A stretch of DNA of 64,000 bases from Gammaproteobacteria bacterium (GTDB lineage: Bacteria > Pseudomonadota > Gammaproteobacteria > GCA-001735895). The DNA lies in NCBI GenBank assembly GCA_050298595.1, contig JBNKUM010000085.1, positions 64,001 to 128,000 of the forward strand. Direction: 5' to 3'. The first letter of the stretch is position 1. Every line of letters begins with the position of its first letter. Below the pieces are notes generated by a model. It was not told the origin of the DNA, did not search any database, and was given only the letters and a program-made list of their open reading frames with translations. The position numbers and the translations under genes are program-made. Below are positions 61,584 through 64,000 of this stretch, in pieces.

Positions 61584-62443
61584 TAATTCGCCCTTCTTCT
61601 ATAGGCTAGCGTGATAATAATTATACCCAGCAAAAGCATAGGCAAAGATAACAGCATACCCATTGTTAACCAGCTTGTATCTATCAGATAACCTAGATTT
61701 GCGTCTGGTAGCCGAATCGTTTCAACCAATGACCTGAACAGGCCATAACCCACTAAAAACAACCCCGAAGTGGCCATTAAAGGGCGCGGTCGAGAAGTAT
61801 AGAGCCATAATATTATGAACAATACAAAACCTTCCAGAATCATTTCATAAAGCATTGAGGGATGCCGCGGTGTAGAACATAGTGCGCCTGCAAAATCAGA
61901 ATAGCGTTGAGGCGGGTATTGATCGCAGGGCAATTTCATCGCCCAGGGTAAGCTAGATGGCCCGCCCCATAACTCACCATTGATAAAATTACCCAAACGT
62001 CCGGCCGCTAGCCCCAATGGTGCCAAAGGCGCAATAAAATCTGTAATCTGAAAAAAACTACAACCGAGTTTCCTACGGTACACCTCCATCGCTACCATTA
62101 CGCCGAGAAAGCCCCCATGAAAAGACATCCCGCCCTTCCAGATTTTGAACAGATAAAGCGGGTTAGCTAGAAAGCTATCCAGATTATAGAAAAACACCGA
62201 ACCAATTCGACCGCCTAACACAACTCCAATAGCACCATAGAAGATCAGATCATCCACTTGCTGAGGAGAAATTAAGCCATCAGAGGTCACTGCCCGTTTT
62301 TTCCCCAGCCACCAGGCTGAAGCAAAAGCGCATACATACATCACGCCATACCAGTGAATTTGGAGTGGGCCAAACTCGTACGAGAATATATTGAACGGAC
62401 CAAGTTCAAGTAAAACTGGGTCTATAGAGGGGTAAGCAATCAT
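61583..62443 (-). CDS. lgt: Prolipoprotein diacylglyceryl transferase
   Basis: [35 protein letters not shown]. Confidence 0.95.
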   Translation of the reverse strand: MIAYPSIDPVLLELGPFNIFSYEFGPLQIHWYGVMYVCAFASAWWLGKKRAVTSDGLISPQQVDDLIFYGAIGVVLGGRIGSVFFYNLDSFLANPLYLFKIWKGGMSFHGGFLGVMVAMEVYRRKLGCSFFQITDFIAPLAPLGLAAGRLGNFINGELWGGPSSLPWAMKLPCDQYPPQRYSDFAGALCSTPRHPSMLYEMILEGFVLFIILWLYTSRPRPLMATSGLFLVGYGLFRSLVETIRLPDANLGYLIDTSWLTMGMLLSLPMLLLGIIIITLAYRRRAN

Positions 62444-62550
62444 ATAACGGGGAATTCTCTTGGAATACTTTAATAGCGTTGATTATGCCTTATTCAACTG
62501 CGTTTCTCATCTTCAATAGGATAAAAACTTTAGATCAATGAAGCCCAACT

Positions 62551-62913
62551 TCAGAAGAACAATACCAGCATCCAGGTGAGAACCACTATGGAAATAGCGA
62601 TAAATACCGCAGCCGAACCCATGTCCTTCGCACGGCCAGAAAGCTCATGCTGCTCTCCACCAAAACGGTCAACAACAGCTTCTATGGCAGAATTTAACAC
62701 TTCAACCAACAGTAATAGCAACACACTAACAACCAGCACTACCTTTTCAACGCCACCTTCTCCCAGATAAAGTCCGAGCGGGATCAGTACCAGAGCCAAC
62801 ATTAGCTCCTGACGAAATGCCTCTTCATTTTTATACGAAGCCTTCAACCCCTGCCAGGAGTAGACCGTTGCCTTGAGAATTCTATTGAGACCAGTATTGC
62901 CGCTGTCTGCCAT
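62551..62913 (-). CDS. dgkA: Diacylglycerol kinase
   Basis: E.AFRQE, EVLNSAIEAVVD, SGRAKDMGSAAV. Confidence 0.95.
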   Translation of the reverse strand: MADSGNTGLNRILKATVYSWQGLKASYKNEEAFRQELMLALVLIPLGLYLGEGGVEKVVLVVSVLLLLLVEVLNSAIEAVVDRFGGEQHELSGRAKDMGSAAVFIAISIVVLTWMLVLFF

Positions 62914-62920
62914 GTTTATC

Positions 62921-64000
62921 CTACTGCAGTTGTGAGTTTCGGTGCTGCAGTATAAACATTTCTATCAATCGATGCAGTTGCTCAAAATTTAGCAGATGTA
63001 AGTTTGCGAGAGTTATTTTTAAATATTGATCTAGAAGCTGGATTCCCAATCTAATCGGCAGCTCACTCAGGCTGACCAATAACTGATCAATAAACTTGCT
63101 GTTAGCCATTTCATTTTCTATCAGTATCACACAGCGCCCTGCTGCCTCGGGTACCTCTTCAGTTTTTATACCCGCCTGATTAAATTGTTGCCTCAGGTAG
63201 CTAGCCATAACCATAGATTGAACAGCCTGTTGTTGAAGCGCAGAAAAACCTTGCATACGGAAATAAATCAAACAATGTAAGGTAGCCTGAGGATCTAGCG
63301 AAGCGTCGGATAGCATGCCAACCGATAAGGGATTTTCTGCCAGCGTTTTCCATTGATAGGTTTCATCATTCTTACCCGCCATAGGAACAGGCAGATAACC
63401 TGAAAATTTAGCATTCGATAAGACTGCATTGCAGCCTTTATCCAGGCCGCATATATAAGCCACATCCAGATGCAGGATGTCGGCCCTGAGCCATTCGGAA
63501 GCTTCACTTAGTGCCAATAGATATTGTCCTGATCCATCTAAATATAAAGGGATATCGAGTTGATCCAGCTTACCCCTGATGGACTCCAGATAGTTAACAT
63601 TATCATCAATACCTGGCAGTGACACCACCAGCGCAGCACAATCATCATTGAGAAAATCTGTAATATTTTCCGGATTTAAAAACCTTACTCTCAGATTCAA
63701 CTCTTTGGCCACATCAGCAACCTCATCCAGCCCCTTCATCAATACGATCTGATTTCTCTGCCGCCTGTTTTTCTGTTGATACTTAATCACCATAGACAGA
63801 CAAGCAAAGATAGCCATGCGGCGATTTAATGCTGCCAGTGATACAGAAGGGTAACCGGTAAATACAGCTATACGTTGTTGTAAATCAAAAATTGTCGATA
63901 GCACACCCTGTTGCCTCGAATCAGGAATCTTTGAGTTATAGCCTTCCGGACATATTTTATTAGCTATGCGAGATGCCGTTAATATTGCATTACTCTCTAG
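62921..64000 (-). CDS. Degenerate glycine decarboxylase subunit 2 (GcvPB)-like protein, 5' end outside window
   Basis: Frame open to the window edge; QG.L...LQ......G...VSL, LYLDG, D.LHL, YLPVP, SVG.L and A.YL landmarks follow GcvPB, but there is no HKT PLP lysine. Confidence 0.6.
   Translation of the reverse strand, partial: LESNAILTASRIANKICPEGYNSKIPDSRQQGVLSTIFDLQQRIAVFTGYPSVSLAALNRRMAIFACLSMVIKYQQKNRRQRNQIVLMKGLDEVADVAKELNLRVRFLNPENITDFLNDDCAALVVSLPGIDDNVNYLESIRGKLDQLDIPLYLDGSGQYLLALSEASEWLRADILHLDVAYICGLDKGCNAVLSNAKFSGYLPVPMAGKNDETYQWKTLAENPLSVGMLSDASLDPQATLHCLIYFRMQGFSALQQQAVQSMVMASYLRQQFNQAGIKTEEVPEAAGRCVILIENEMANSKFIDQLLVSLSELPIRLGIQLLDQYLKITLANLHLLNFEQLHRLIEMFILQHRNSQLQ

Overview
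64 kb chromosomal window from a gammaproteobacterium, probably marine and possibly a sulfur oxidiser (inferred from the rhodanese, SoxH-like MBL and RegBA content). It is mostly housekeeping. Core loci: rpsT / murJ-ribF-ileS-lspA-fkpB-ispH; lptD-surA-pdxA-rsmA-folA; lgt-thyA-apaG-apaH. Transport, regulation and other operons: TPP-riboswitch thiBPQ plus a kinase, dctBD, dctPQM, regBA, znuACB and a rimK triad. No rRNA, tRNA, CRISPR array or intact prophage was seen. Best leads: (1) a full-length RAYT/TnpA(REP)-type HUH transposase homolog whose catalytic His and Tyr are both replaced, next to a REP-like palindrome, suggesting a domesticated nucleic-acid-binding protein; (2) an rtcB-linked locus ending in a basic 72-aa ORF with a terminator-like hairpin before its stop codon, the non-stop mRNA logic used by arfA; (3) two MITE-like palindromic elements with different ends but a shared core, one carrying a tandem 47-bp insertion at a CAA site; (4) a GAF-FecR-ComFB/FHA signalling cassette inside an apparent folA-apaG inversion; (5) a SNF2 helicase pseudogene with a palindromic deletion junction; (6) a GcvPB-like pseudoenzyme lacking the PLP lysine; (7) two candidate sRNAs, one behind a RegA-type box. 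All family assignments come from motif recognition by eye, not database searches.
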